NCBI RefSeq assembly: GCF_009914755.1 | Contig: NC_060930.1 | Strand: one strand, 5' to 3' | Length of the DNA: 64,000 bases | From: the human T2T-CHM13v2.0 reference genome, Homo sapiens | Shown: positions 14,400 to 35,049 of the stretch, one piece after another | Layout: every line of letters begins with the position of its first letter | Numbering within the stretch: position 1 is the first letter of the stretch | The notes under the pieces: generated by a model | What the model was told of the DNA's origin: nothing | What the model saw: only the letters and a program-made list of their open reading frames with translations | The model's database searches: none | Position numbers and translations under genes: made by a program

Positions 14400-15000
14400 T
14401 GACAGAAAAATAAAGAGAAAAAATATTAGGGAAAATATGATAAACATAGAAGGCAGATAAGGGGATTCAGGCCCTTCATAATTGGAATCCCCCATTTAAA
14501 AAACTCTAAAATCCTAAAATTTAGAAAGAGAACCCATAATTATAATTATAATTATAATTAAAGACATACATTTTTAGAACTAAAACAATACTTGAGCTAA
14601 ATATAACAAATCCACAATGAATGTAAAAAATAATCCAGAATGGTTAATATTAAGACATCATTGGACTTTAAGGGTAAAGAAAGAATGCTTCATGAAGCAG
14701 TAAAATAAATAATAACCTATAATAGGTAATGTGTCAGCCTGGCCCTGATTTCCTCTACAGCAACATTGGCTGCTATTCAATTGAATAACATTTAAGAAAT
14801 TCAATACTGGAAGATGTCACTCAAGAATTTTATATCCAGCCAAACTATACTTCAACTTGTAAAAAAAACTAAACAATTTTTACATGCAAAAATTCCCTTG
14901 AGAATTTTTGAGAAAACTACCAGTGTCAAGTTTGGCTCACAAAGAGATGAAAGAAGGAACCACAAAAAATGACTGAGTACTGTATACATTTAAATGTTTA
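14400..15000 (+). mobile_element. Ancient L1M/HAL1 ORF1-like fragment
   Basis: caagaattttatatccagccaaactat and gatttcctctacagcaacattgg resemble the L1/HAL1 ORF1 C-terminal region. Confidence 0.5.
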
Positions 15001-15458
15001 ACTAAATCTAACATACGTAGCAAAAAATTTATATACTATCTATTTTGTACTAGGCACTGTTCTAAATTCTTGACATATATTAACTGTAGAGACTAGGGTT
15101 ACAGATGAGAATGTAAATGAGACATGCCTTCATAATTTATACATTAGCCTCACAACTTAAAAGTAGAGCTTAGAAAAATTTCCTGTTTACTTCATGTAAA
15201 CAGAAGGGACCAAATTATTTCATTTCAAACTAAAATAAATCAAGGAATAAAAGGATAAGTTCATGTAACCATAGAAAAGTAAATAATAAGAAAGAAAATA
15301 TATCAACTAAATTTGAGTGACCAAAAAATCCAGGAATTATGGTAATGTTAAAGTGATTGTGATAAAGAATTATGGATAAAGTGTTTAAAATACAGGGCTG
15401 CAAATAAGATATACAATATTAAAAATAATCATTAGAATAAAAATATTAAAAAATTATC

Positions 15459-15753
<295 letters not shown>

Positions 15754-16498
15754 AAAAAGTTATCTTAATGATTACATATATAAACAGCAAACAAATGAAA
15801 AAGACTAAATACCAAAAGACTTAACAGCTTAAAAACAGAAAACACAACAAAACGTAAAATACAGTCAGAACTAAGACTGGATATACATATATATGCCATA
15901 TTAATAAATAAAAATGACTTAAAAGAAAAAAGATTTATTAAAAGAAAAGTATTTTCATATTGGGTTGCAAATCAAAACCTAACTCAGTTCTGTGTATACA
16001 AGACACATCTAATACCTAAAAGAAGTATATAGAATGTATATATGTGTATATATAACATATACTAGGAAAATGAAAAACAAAAACAAAAGCAAGTATTTTA
16101 TGGTATCTGAAAAGGCAACACAACTTGTTGCAGAACAACCCTTGATTTGAGAACAACTGCAAAAGTAGGAAACACACACAGATAATCTGTTTGGTCTGTT
16201 TTAAGACCCTGGAGAGCTAAGCATAGAGACCTGAGAGAGCATTGAAGATACTAGAGAGAAGGGTGACAAAGAGAGAAAAGCCAATATTCTGCACCACTTT
16301 TCTACTTGACTTTGGTCAGTTTAGAAGCAGCAGCTGAGAGGCTGAGAAACTGAACAAAGTTTCCAGCAGTCATTTCAGAATATGGAAACCAAAAGGGTCT
16401 GACATACAACTCAGGCTTTCAGATGAGACTTTTAATGGGCTGCACTCTAGGGGTAAGGGAGAACCCCAAATAGATCAGTCATCATAAAGAATGAAACT

Positions 16499-16810
16499 GG
16501 CCGGGTGCAGTGGCTCACACCTGTAATCCCAGCACTTTGGGAGGCCGAGCCAGGTGGATCACTTAAGGCCAAGAGTTCGAGACCAACCTGGGGAACGTGA
16601 CAAAACTTTATCTCTACTAAAAATACAAAAATTAGCTGGGTGTGCTGGCACACACCTGTAATCCCTGCTACTCAGGAGGCCGAGGCATGAGAATCACTTG
16701 AACTTGGGAAGCGGGGATTGCAGTGGGCCAAAATTGTGCCACTGCACTCCAGCCTGGGCAACAGAGTGAGACTCAGTTTCAAAAAAAAAAAAAAAAAAGA
16801 AAGAAAGAAA
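16499..16810 (+). mobile_element. Alu (S-type)
   Basis: ggccgggtgcagtggctcacacctgtaatcccagc...A tail; TSD aaagaatgaaac at 16486-16497 and 16811-16822. Confidence 0.96.
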
Positions 16811-17719
16811 AAAGAATGAAACCTAGTTAGAGACAGTTCAGTTCCAAGTTGGATTAAGGTGATGTTCCTTTAGCTTATCTGCCTAAAACAAAATAAATCC
16901 TCTCTTCAAGACAATAACATCTTGAGAACTTCAAATTACCTTCACAATTTTTTATTTTAAAAGTCTGTGATTCAGTCAAAAAATTACCAGGCATATACGG
17001 AGACAGAATACGTGACAAAAAAGCAAAGGGGAAAAATACCCAATAGAAACAGAATCACAGGAGATGCCAATAATATTGGAGCTATCAGATGAAAATAAGA
17101 ATTTATTTTCCTTGGACTTCTGAGTAGAATTTAAAAGGTTACATAAAGCCTACACATACAAAGTTTATAGCTAAGAAAAAAAATTACAAAAATACTTTTG
17201 AAAAGGCATCATATAGGTTTAGAAGCTATGAGGACTGAATGGGCCTAAATTACAGAGAGGAGAAACATTCAGTGGTGAGTAGATAAATAGCAATTTTTTT
17301 TTACATGGAGGAATTTGCCAATTATTGATGTGAGCTGAAGTTTGTGGCTTGGCCCAGACAGAGAGCAGCAGCTGAAAGATGTAGAAACCAATGTAGACTT
17401 TAGCAGTCACTTGGGAATAGAAAGATAGATTGAGGGCTTGAGGGCCGTAGATACACAGCCATTTTCCATAAAAGACATTTGCTATATTCTATGACTGTGT
17501 AAGAAGCTGAAATCTAAACTAAAAGCTTTTGAAATTGAAAGTGAAACCTATTAAAGTCTCAGTAATTAGGAAACAAAGACCTGAAAACAGAAAAGGCAAG
17601 AAACAAAAGCCTAGAGAGTATGGTATATTGGCACAGAGGATCTATAGCCTCTTTTCACTAACCAACTCTGATTGTAGGTAAAAGTTGAGAAACCAGGGGC
17701 AGACCAACACTGCTGGGAT

Positions 17720-18179
17720 AAAATCATTGGATAAGTTTGAGCAGTAGGGTATTTATACATTTCCAAAGTATCTCCCCACATATTGTTTAGTAGTTACAAG
17801 GGGAAAATTATTGTACAATGAAAATATCTGACAGACTCCATCTTAACAAAATGATTAAAGTTATCATCAGCAGAGCAAATAAATATTGTGTGCCTTTTGA
17901 AATAATATGCTAAGAAGGACACAGCACATATATTGTATAGTATAGTACATATATTGTATAGTATATATCTATATATATATGGGGAGAGAGATAATAGTAT
18001 TCTTGCAAGAATAGTCATAAACTAAATCTTATCATGAAGAAATTAGCAGACAATCCAAATTGAGGGACTTTCTACAAAACACATCTGGCACTTACCCTTT
18101 AAAAAAAAAGTCATTTCAGGAAAGACCAAGAAAGGCTAAGAAATTTATAGCTTAGAAGAGATTAAAGACATATAACAAG
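17720..18179 (+). mobile_element. L1MC-type 3' region, left part (host of the L1PA3 insertion)
   Basis: ccaaattgagggactttctacaaaac...aagaaaggctaagaaa resembles L1MC4; continues at 24236. Confidence 0.65.
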
Positions 18180-19086
18180 GAGGAGCCAAGATGGCCGAAT
18201 AGGAACAGCCCTGGTCTACAGCTCCCAGCGTGAGCGACACAGAAGATGGGTGATTTCTGCATTTCCATCTGAGGTACTGGGTTCATCTCACTAGGGAGTG
18301 CCAGACAGTGGGTGCAGGTCAGTGGGTGCATGCACCGTGTGCAAGCCAAAGCAGGGCGAGGCATTGCCTCACTCGGGAAGTGCAAGGGGTCAGGGAGTTC
18401 CCTTTCCTAGTCAAAGAAGGGGGTGACTGACAGACAGCACCTGGAAAATCGGGTCACTCCCACCCGAATACTGCGCTTTTCCGACCGGCTTAAAAAATGG
18501 CGCAACAGGAGATTATATCCCGCACATGGCTTGGAGGGTCCTACACCCACGGACTCTCACTGATTGCTAGCACAGCAGTCTGAGATCAAACTGCAAGGCA
18601 GCAGCGAGGCTGGGGGAGGGGCGCCCGCTATTGCCCAGGCTTGCTTAGGTAAACAAAGCAGCCGGGAATCTCGAACTGGGTGCAGCCCACCACAGCTCAA
18701 GGAGGTCTGCCTGCCTCTGTAGGCTCCACCTCTGGGGGCAGGGCACAGACAAACAAAAAGACAGCAGTAACCTCTGCAGACTTAAATTTCCCTGTCTGAC
18801 AGCTTTGAAGAGAGCAGTGGTTCTCCCAGCACGCAGCTGGAGATCTGAGAACGGGCAGACTGCCTCCTCAAGTGGGTCCCTGACCCCTGATCCCCGAGCA
18901 GCCTAACTGGGAGGCACCCCCCAGCAGGGGCAGACTGACACCTCACACGGCCGGGTACTCCAACAGACCTGCAGCTGAGGGTCCTGTCTGTTAGCAGGAA
19001 AACTAACAAACAGAAAGGACATCCACACCAAAAACCCATCTGTACATCACCATCATCAAAGACCAAAAGTAGATAAAGCCACAAAG
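18180..19086 (+). promoter_or_regulatory. L1 5'UTR internal Pol II promoter (the family also has an antisense promoter), with YY1 site
   Basis: caagatggcc YY1 motif at the 5' end; CpG-richer than the flanks; function inferred from the family. Confidence 0.75.
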
Positions 19087-20103
19087 ATGGGGAAAAAACA
19101 GAGCAGAAAAACTGGAAACTCTAAAAAGAAGAGCGCCTCTCCTCCTCCAAAGGAACGCAGTTCCTCACCAGCAACGGAACAAAGCTGGACAGAGAATGAC
19201 TTTGACGAGCTGAGAGAAGAAGGCTTCAGACGATCAAATTACTCCGAGCTAAGGGAGGACATTCAAACCAAAGGCAAAGCAGTTGAAAACTTCGAAAAAA
19301 ATTTAGAAGAATGTATAACTAGAATAACCAATACAGAGAAGTGCTTAAAGGAGCTGATGGAGCTGAAAACCAAGGCTCAAGAACTACGTGAAGAATGCAG
19401 AAGCCTCAGGAGCTGATGCAATCAACTGGAAGAAAGGGTATCAGCAAAGGAAGATGAAATGAATGAAATGAAACGAGAAGGGAAGTTTAGAGAAAAAAGA
19501 ATAAAAAGAAATGAGCAAAGCCTCCAAGAAATATGGGACTATGTGAAAAGACCAAATCTACGTCTGATTGGTGTACCTGAAAGTGACGGGGAGAATGGAC
19601 CCAAGTTGGAAAACTATCTGCAGGATATTATCCAGGAGAACTTCCCCAATCTAGCAAGGCAGGCCAACATTCAGATTCAGGAAATACAGAGAACGCCACA
19701 AAGATACTCCTCGAGAAGAGCAACTCCAAGACACATGATTGTCAGATTCACCAAAGTTGAAATGAAGGAAAATATGTTAAGGGCAGCCAGAGAGAAAGGT
19801 CGGGTTACCCTCAAAGGGAAGCCCATCAGACTAACAGCGGATCTCTCAGCAGAAACTCTACAAGCCAGAAGAGAGTGGGGGCCAATATTCAACATGCTTA
19901 AAGAAAAGAATTTTCAACCCAGAATTTCATATCCAGCCAAATTAAGCCTCATAAGTGAAGGAGAAATAAAATACTTTACAGACAAGCAAATGCTGAGAGA
20001 TTTTGTCACCACCAGGCCTGCCCTAAAAGAGCTCCTGAAGGAAGTGCTAAACATGGAAAGGAACAACCAGTACCAGCCACTGCAAAACCATGCCAAATTG
20101 TAA
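19087..20103 (+). pseudogene. L1 ORF1p (RNA-binding chaperone); full 338-codon frame with one nonsense codon
   Basis: MGKKQSRKTGNSK...; in-frame TGA at 19414-19416 (CGA>TGA); the same frame continues to ...QPLQNHAKL*. Confidence 0.95.
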
Positions 20104-20151
20104 AGACCATCGAGACTATGAAGAAACTGCATCAACTAACGAGCAAAATAA

Positions 20152-23980
<3,829 letters not shown>

Positions 23981-24235
23981 ACAATGAGAACACATGGACA
24001 CAGGAAGGGGAATATCACACTCTGGGGACTGCTTTGGGGTTTGGGGGGGGGAGGGATAGCATTGGGAGATATACCTAATGCTAGATGACGAGTTAGTGGG
24101 TGCAGTGCACCAGCATGGCACATGTATACATATGTAACTACCCTGCACATTGTGCACATGTACCCTAAAACTTAAAGTATAATAATAACAATAAAATTAT
24201 TAGAGATAATAAATTAAAAAAAGACGTATAACAAG

Positions 24236-24620
24236 TAAATACATGCATGATTCTGCATCATCAGAAAAAAACAGAAAATCATCAATCAGAAAAAAATATG
24301 CTGCAAGGACAACACTAAAACAAAGGAAGAAATAATCTTGTGTTAATGTTTAAATTTTTGAAATTAATAGTTGTGCCATGCTTTAGGTAATCAGATGTCC
24401 TTTTTCTTAGAAAATGTACACTGAAGTATTTGAGGGTTAAAAGTCGTGATGTCAAAGACTCTAAAATGCTTTAGTTGACATGAAATGTATGTGTGTGTTT
24501 TTGTTATGTGTGTGCAGGAAAGAAAGTGTGGTCACTTTAGGTGTGTATACATGGGAGTTTATTGTATCATTGCCAGATTCTCCTGCCAGTTTAAATATTT
24601 TTCAATAAAAGTTAAAAAAA
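24236..24620 (+). mobile_element. L1MC-type 3' region, right part
   Basis: Continues after the TSD (taaatacatgcatgattctg...cactgaagtatttgaggg...caataaaagttaaaaaa). Confidence 0.6.
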
Positions 24621-24737
24621 AAACTGTGAGAAAACATTGGAGAGCCATGTTATAAGAACAGAAGCAAACAAGAGGTAGCTTGAGTTTTGCCATTTAAGTG
24701 AGATTGTACTTATTTTGGTAACCAAGGTCATCACTGA

Positions 24738-25171
<434 letters not shown>

Positions 25172-25255
25172 TAAATAAATGAAAGTAAAAATAAAACTAT
25201 TTAGGTTATCTTTCTTATTTTTAATTGCTCTAAGACTTAATTGACTCTCTAAAAT

Positions 25256-25410
25256 AGAGGTTAGCGAGCCTTTCCATAAAGGATCAGATAGCAAATACTT
25301 TGTTTTGTAAGCCAAATGAACTTTGCTGAAATTACTAAATTTCAACATTGTAGTGCTAAAGCAGCCATAGATAATGCATAACAAATAAGTGTGGCTATGT
25401 TTTAATAAAG
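25256..25410 (+). mobile_element. MER58A-like hAT-Charlie DNA transposon fragment
   Basis: aaaggatcagatagcaaatact...tgtagtgctaaagcagccatagataatgcataacaaataagtgtggctatgttttaataaa. Confidence 0.7.
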
Positions 25411-25619
25411 ATCATCATGGTGTGTAATTTCATCATACTGATCTCTTTTTGGCTTCACTAAGATGACATACTCTCTTACTTCTTCATGTGTTTGCTCCTG
25501 TATTTTTTTCAAGACTTAATTCAGGAATTATCTCTTTCAAGACTCTTTCCCAAACCTTTTATTCCTCACAGGCAAGATGGAATTCCATTTTTATGATCCA
25601 GTAGGAACTTATGCCTCCT

Positions 25620-25800
25620 GGTTTTATCTCTGACTTGATTTGTGAACTTTGGAAGTTATTTAATATCCCTAAGTTTCAGTTTTCTGACCTATAAGATAAT
25701 AATAGTACCTACATTACACGGCTGTTGTGATAATGCATCTGAATTACTTAACACAGAACTTGACCCACAGAAAACATTCAAAACATGTAAATGATATCTA
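25620..25800 (+). mobile_element. MIR
   Basis: tgtgaactttggaagttatttaatatccctaagtttcagttttctgacctataa MIR core. Confidence 0.65.
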
Positions 25801-27317
25801 ATAATATTGTGATGATGATTATTATTCCTCTTTCATACTACTTTCTGATGCACAATATTGGTCAACATAAAATATGCTTGGTTCTTGGTTAGATATTATG
25901 TAAAGTTATAACAATGTGATTAGGAATATTTGGATTTGTATTTTAATAGCAGTAAAATGTACTAAATCAGAAGAACATGTCTTGGTCAGTAATATATATG
26001 AATATGCAGGTAAGATAAGAGAGAATAAATATTATGATACCTGTAATTTTTTGAACACCAAAGCAAAGTAAGCCAAGAACACAGCTGTAAGGGGATCAAG
26101 TAGACCGGAGGCAAAATTAGCTGTTGAGCTATAATCCCTGACCGTGCTGGACACAGGGCTCTGTTCACACAGAGAGGGAAAGCAATTAGCAGTGGAACAG
26201 CATATGGTTTGGCTAATAGCACCTCAAGAAAAAAACTAGATTAAAATATAGAAGGGATATTGAGTAGAGGAGATGGCAGGTGGGTGGTGAATAAAAATGA
26301 ACAACAAAATGCATGCTTGGGAATATCGTGGGTGTGCATGTGCCTGTTTTTCCTTTCATTGGTATGTTTAGGATTTGCATAAATAAAATGAATATGGGGG
26401 TACATGTTGCCTCATCTTTTAGTTGCTCTGCTTTGAAAGAAAAGTAAATTCCTGGATCAAAAGATGGCAGTTAGGGAAACTTAAATAAGTTGGTTTGGAT
26501 AAAATTAAAGGAGGCAGCCCTCTGATCGTTTCTTTCCCCAAAGAGGATTTAAGTCTGCCCCTAGGACACAGGACACAGAGTCATTATTTTAAATATTATA
26601 TTGAATTATATAATGTCTTAATTTTTAATCAAATAATTCATGCACATAATTATTAATAGTATCAGAGGATTCTTTTGAAATCAGTGTCCTCTGCATTGCT
26701 CTTCTCTAAATTGCTTAGAAGGAGTATTAATACTTTTAGTTGTATCTTCCGGCATTAGCCATAATTTCTTCACTTTTCAAAACCTAAGTAACATGGCTGT
26801 ATTTCTTTCCCTTGATTTATTAATTATAAATATATAGTAAATTTATTATTTTGAAAAAGAAGGTAAACTCGTTCATGCCAACTCTTATCTTCAAATACAT
26901 AGTATATCTTATATTGTATGTACTTTATCATAATTATTAGTTGATTATGTAGTTTCATTACAGTGAATATATAAATATTGTTTGCTAAATAAGAAAGCAG
27001 TGTAATATGTTGCATTTCCTGTTTTTTGAAACCTCATTGTTTTCTCTAGAGTTAATTATTGTCTTAGTTTTTTCACTTATATAATTTCTTCTATTTACAA
27101 ATGTTAACAAATATTCTATCAGATCTTTCATTATCTTGTAGTACCAAATGTTGCTGTGGAAAAATATGATGTTATTCTGATTGCTCCTTCCTATGAAGTG
27201 TTTTTCTCTCTAGAAGTTAGTGAATCCTCTCTCTATCACTGGTATTATGATATTGCATAATAATGTGCATTGGTGTGGTAACTTTCGGTATTTCCTGTGC
27301 CAGTAGAAACTAGAAAT

Positions 27318-29549
27318 TATTTGCTGATTTGTTTAAGTTACCTATAGATTCTGGTTATTAAGCCTTTGTTGGATGCATAGTTTGCAAATGTCTTCTCTTG
27401 TTCTGCAGGTTGTCTGTTTACTCTGTCGATAGTGTCTTTTTTTTCTGTGCAGAAGCTTCTTAGTTTAGTTAGGTCCCACATGTCTATTTGTGTTTTTGTT
27501 ACAACTGCTTTTGGGGACTTAGCCAAAAATTCTTTGCCAAGGCCAATATCAAGAAGGGTATTTCCTAATTTGTCTTCTAGAATTTTACAGTTTGAGGTGT
27601 TACATTTAAATCTTTTATCCATTTTGAGTTAATGTTTGGCTGTTTCCGTGCCGAGCGCAGCCATGGCTCCTGGTCCCAAGAAGCATCTGAAATGGGTGGC
27701 AGCTCCAAAGTACTAGATGCTGGATACATTGACCAGTGTGTTTGCTCTTCATCAATCCACCAGTCCTCACAAGCTTAGAGAGTGTCTCCCCCTCATCATT
27801 TTCCTAAGGAACAGACTTAAGTATGCCCTGAGAAGAAATGAAAAAGATTTGCATGCAGCAGTTCATTAAGATAGATGGCAAGGTCCAAACTGATATAACC
27901 TACCCTGCTAGATTTATGGATGTCATCAGCATTGACAAGGGACACAATTTCTGTCTGATCTATGACACCAAGGGTTGCTTTGGTGTACATTGTATTACAC
28001 CTGAGGAGGTCAAGTACAAGTTATGCAAAGTGAGAAAAATCTTAGTGGGCACAAAAGGAATCCCTCATCTGGTGACTCATGATGCTTGTACCATCTGCTA
28101 CCCTGATCCCCTCATCAAGGTTAATGAAACCGTTCAGATTGACTCGGAGACTGGCAAGATACTGATTTCATCAAGCTTGATGCTGGTAACCAGCATATGG
28201 TGACTGGAGGTGCTAACTTGGGAATAATTTGTGTGATCACCAACAGAGAGAGGCACCCTGGATATTTTGCCATGGTTCACGTGAAAGACGCCAACGGCAA
28301 CAGCATTGCCACCTGGCTTTCCAACATTTTTTGTTATTGGCAAGGGCAACAAACCATGGCACAAACCATGGCAACAAGCCAAGGGCAACAAACCTTCCCC
28401 GAGGAAAGGGTGTCCACCTCACCTTTGCTAAAGACGGAGACAAGAGACTGGTGGCTAAACAGAACAGTGTGTAAAATGGTCTCTGGGTGACATGTTACAT
28501 CTTTGTACATAATTTAAAATAATTCAGCATGATTAAAAAAATACTTGTGTACGGTGAAAAGTAGGGGTCCAGCTTCAGTCTTCAGCATATGACTAGCCAG
28601 TTATCCCAGCACCATTTATTGGATAGGGCATACTTTCCCCATTGCTCGTTTTTGTCAGCCTTGTTGAAGATCAGATGGTTGTAAAATAACCCCATTTAAA
28701 AATGAGAGAAAGGGACAAACAGCTATTCTCAAAAAAAGACATATAAGCAGCCAACAAATATGAAAAAATGCTCATCACCACCAATCATTAGAGAAATGCA
28801 AATCAAAACTACAATGAGATATCATCTCACATCAGTCAGAATGGCTATTACTAAAAAGTCAAAAAACAACAGATGCTGGTGAGCTGTGGAAGAAAGAGAA
28901 TGCTTATACACTATTGGCGGGAATGTGAATTGGTCCAGCCACCATAGAAAGCAGTCTGGAGATTACTCAAAGACCTTAACACAGAACTACCATTAGACCC
29001 AGAAATCCCATTACTGGGTATATACCCAAGGGAAAATAAATCATTCTGCCCCAAAGACACAAGCATTTGTATGTTCATTGCCAGGCTATTCACAATAGCA
29101 AAGACATGGAATCAACACAGGTGCCCATCAATGGTAGATTAATTTAAAAAAAAAATGTGGTACGTATACACCATGGAATACTACGCAGCCATTAAAAGAA
29201 TAAAGTCATGTCCTTTGCAGCAACATAGATGCGGTTGCAAGACATAATCCTAAGTGAATTAATGCAGGAACAGAAATATCACATGTTCTCACTTGTATTT
29301 AGGAGCTAAACATTAAGCACACATTGACATAAATATGGGATCAATAGACACTGTGGACTACTAGAAGGGGGAGGGAGGGAAGAGGGCGTGGGATGAAAAA
29401 CTACCTATTGGGTACTATGCTTACTACCTGGGTGATGGGATCTTTACGCCAAACCTCAGCATTATGCAATATCCCCATGTAACAAACCTGCATATATACC
29501 CCCTGTATCTAAAATAAAAGCTGAAATTTAAAATAAAATATTAAAAAAT
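27318..29549 (+). mobile_element. 5'-inverted (twin-primed) L1PA15/16-type element: inverted arm 27318-28683 (interrupted by the RPS4X retrocopy), sense arm 28684-29549
   Basis: The arms are consecutive L1 ORF2 sequence in opposite orientations; 3'UTR ctacctattgggtactatgc...ctaaaataaaag; TSD GAAACTAGAAAT at 27306-27317 and 29550-29561. Confidence 0.9.
27640..28541 (+). pseudogene. RPS4XP: Processed pseudogene of ribosomal protein S4, X-linked (RPS4X)
   Basis: Intronless; 5'UTR ...gcagccATG at 27663 (MAPGPKKHLK), TAG at 27714-27716, frameshifts; peptides [37 protein letters not shown]; stop at 28474, RPS4X-like 3'UTR and short poly(A). Confidence 0.96.
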
Positions 29550-29999
29550 GAAACTAGAAATCAGGCATTTGAAATTAAATTATGACTCTCTTCACAAATT
29601 GGATCTTCATCCTATATATTTAATGATTTTTTTACTTATATTTTCTCTTTTTTTCTTTCTAGAGTAACTAATAATCTGATGGTTGACATCTGAATTGATT
29701 TTTCTGAATATTTTATCATTTTTATTCTATTCCAATTACATTGTTTTGTTTCCTGAAATATTTACTTGGTTTTATTTTTTAACATTTCTGCTAAAATTTC
29801 AAATTATAATTGTCTATCATATTTGCAATTTCATCATTTTCCTCTTTCTTAGATGTTTATAGATGTATTATATTACCTTGTTACTCCCTAAGGCTGATTT
29901 ATATACTTTTTTGTTTGTTAAAGTTCTTTTTTCTGCATTAGTTCTGGTTCTACTAGGTTTTAATTTTCAGTTTGTCTCTCTCTTTCACGTTATAGATCT

Positions 30000-30170
30000 T
30001 TTTTCTTTCTTTGTTTTTCTTTCATTCTTTCTCTCTCTCTCTCCCTTCCTTTCCCTTCCCTTCCCCTCCCTTCCCCTCCCTTCCCCTCTTCTACTACTCC
30101 CCTCCCCTCCCCTCCCTTCCCCTCCCTTCCCCTCCCTTCCCCTCCCTTCCCCTCCCTTCCCCTCCCTTTC
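30000..30170. repeat. Polypyrimidine tract / (CCCTT)n-(CCCCT)n low-complexity repeat
   Basis: Directly visible. Confidence 0.9.
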
Positions 30171-30174
30171 TACT

Positions 30175-34491
<4,317 letters not shown>

Positions 34492-34499
34492 ATGCTAAG

Positions 34500-35045
34500 T
34501 AACCAAAAAAATGTGGTGCACAAAAAGAAAACCTAAATGGTCAATAAACGCTAAAAAAAATCTGCCTTGCTAGAAATCAAGCAAATGAACATTAAAACCA
34601 TAATGAATGATTAGTTTACTCACATGAGACTGCAGTTCTGAAAATGCCAAGTGATGGTGAAAATGTGGAGAAAATAAGAACTCGTATCCTTACTGGTGGA
34701 AGGTCAAAGTGATGTAACATCTTTGAAAAGCAATTTGGTGATACTTGCATATGTATTCTCTAAAACTCAGACATTCTAATCTTAGATATACACCTTGAGA
34801 GACTTTAACATAGATTACAAACAGATATGTTCAAGAATGTTAATTGCAGCATAGTTTGTAATAATGAAAATAAAAATAACCTAAAACCATCAAAAAGAAA
34901 ATAATTATGTTGCAATCATTGAACAGAATCTTATAATAACGAAAATGAATTAACATAGTGACTGAATTTATCATCAAAGTATTAAGATAAAAACCTAGCT
35001 ATTGAAGAATTCAGATGGTGTAATACCATTTATAATAAAGGTTAT
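34500..35045 (+). mobile_element. Old L1ME-type 3' fragment
   Basis: aaaatgccaagtgatggtgaaaatgtggagaa...ctttgaaaagcaatttgg...caagaatgttaattgcagcat. Confidence 0.6.
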
Positions 35046-35049
35046 GAAT

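Noticed and set aside
18152-19084. Antisense ORFs in the L1 5'UTR (18152-18385, 18782-19084)
   Set aside because: Generic antisense frames of the L1 UTR; I could not confirm either as an intact ORF0
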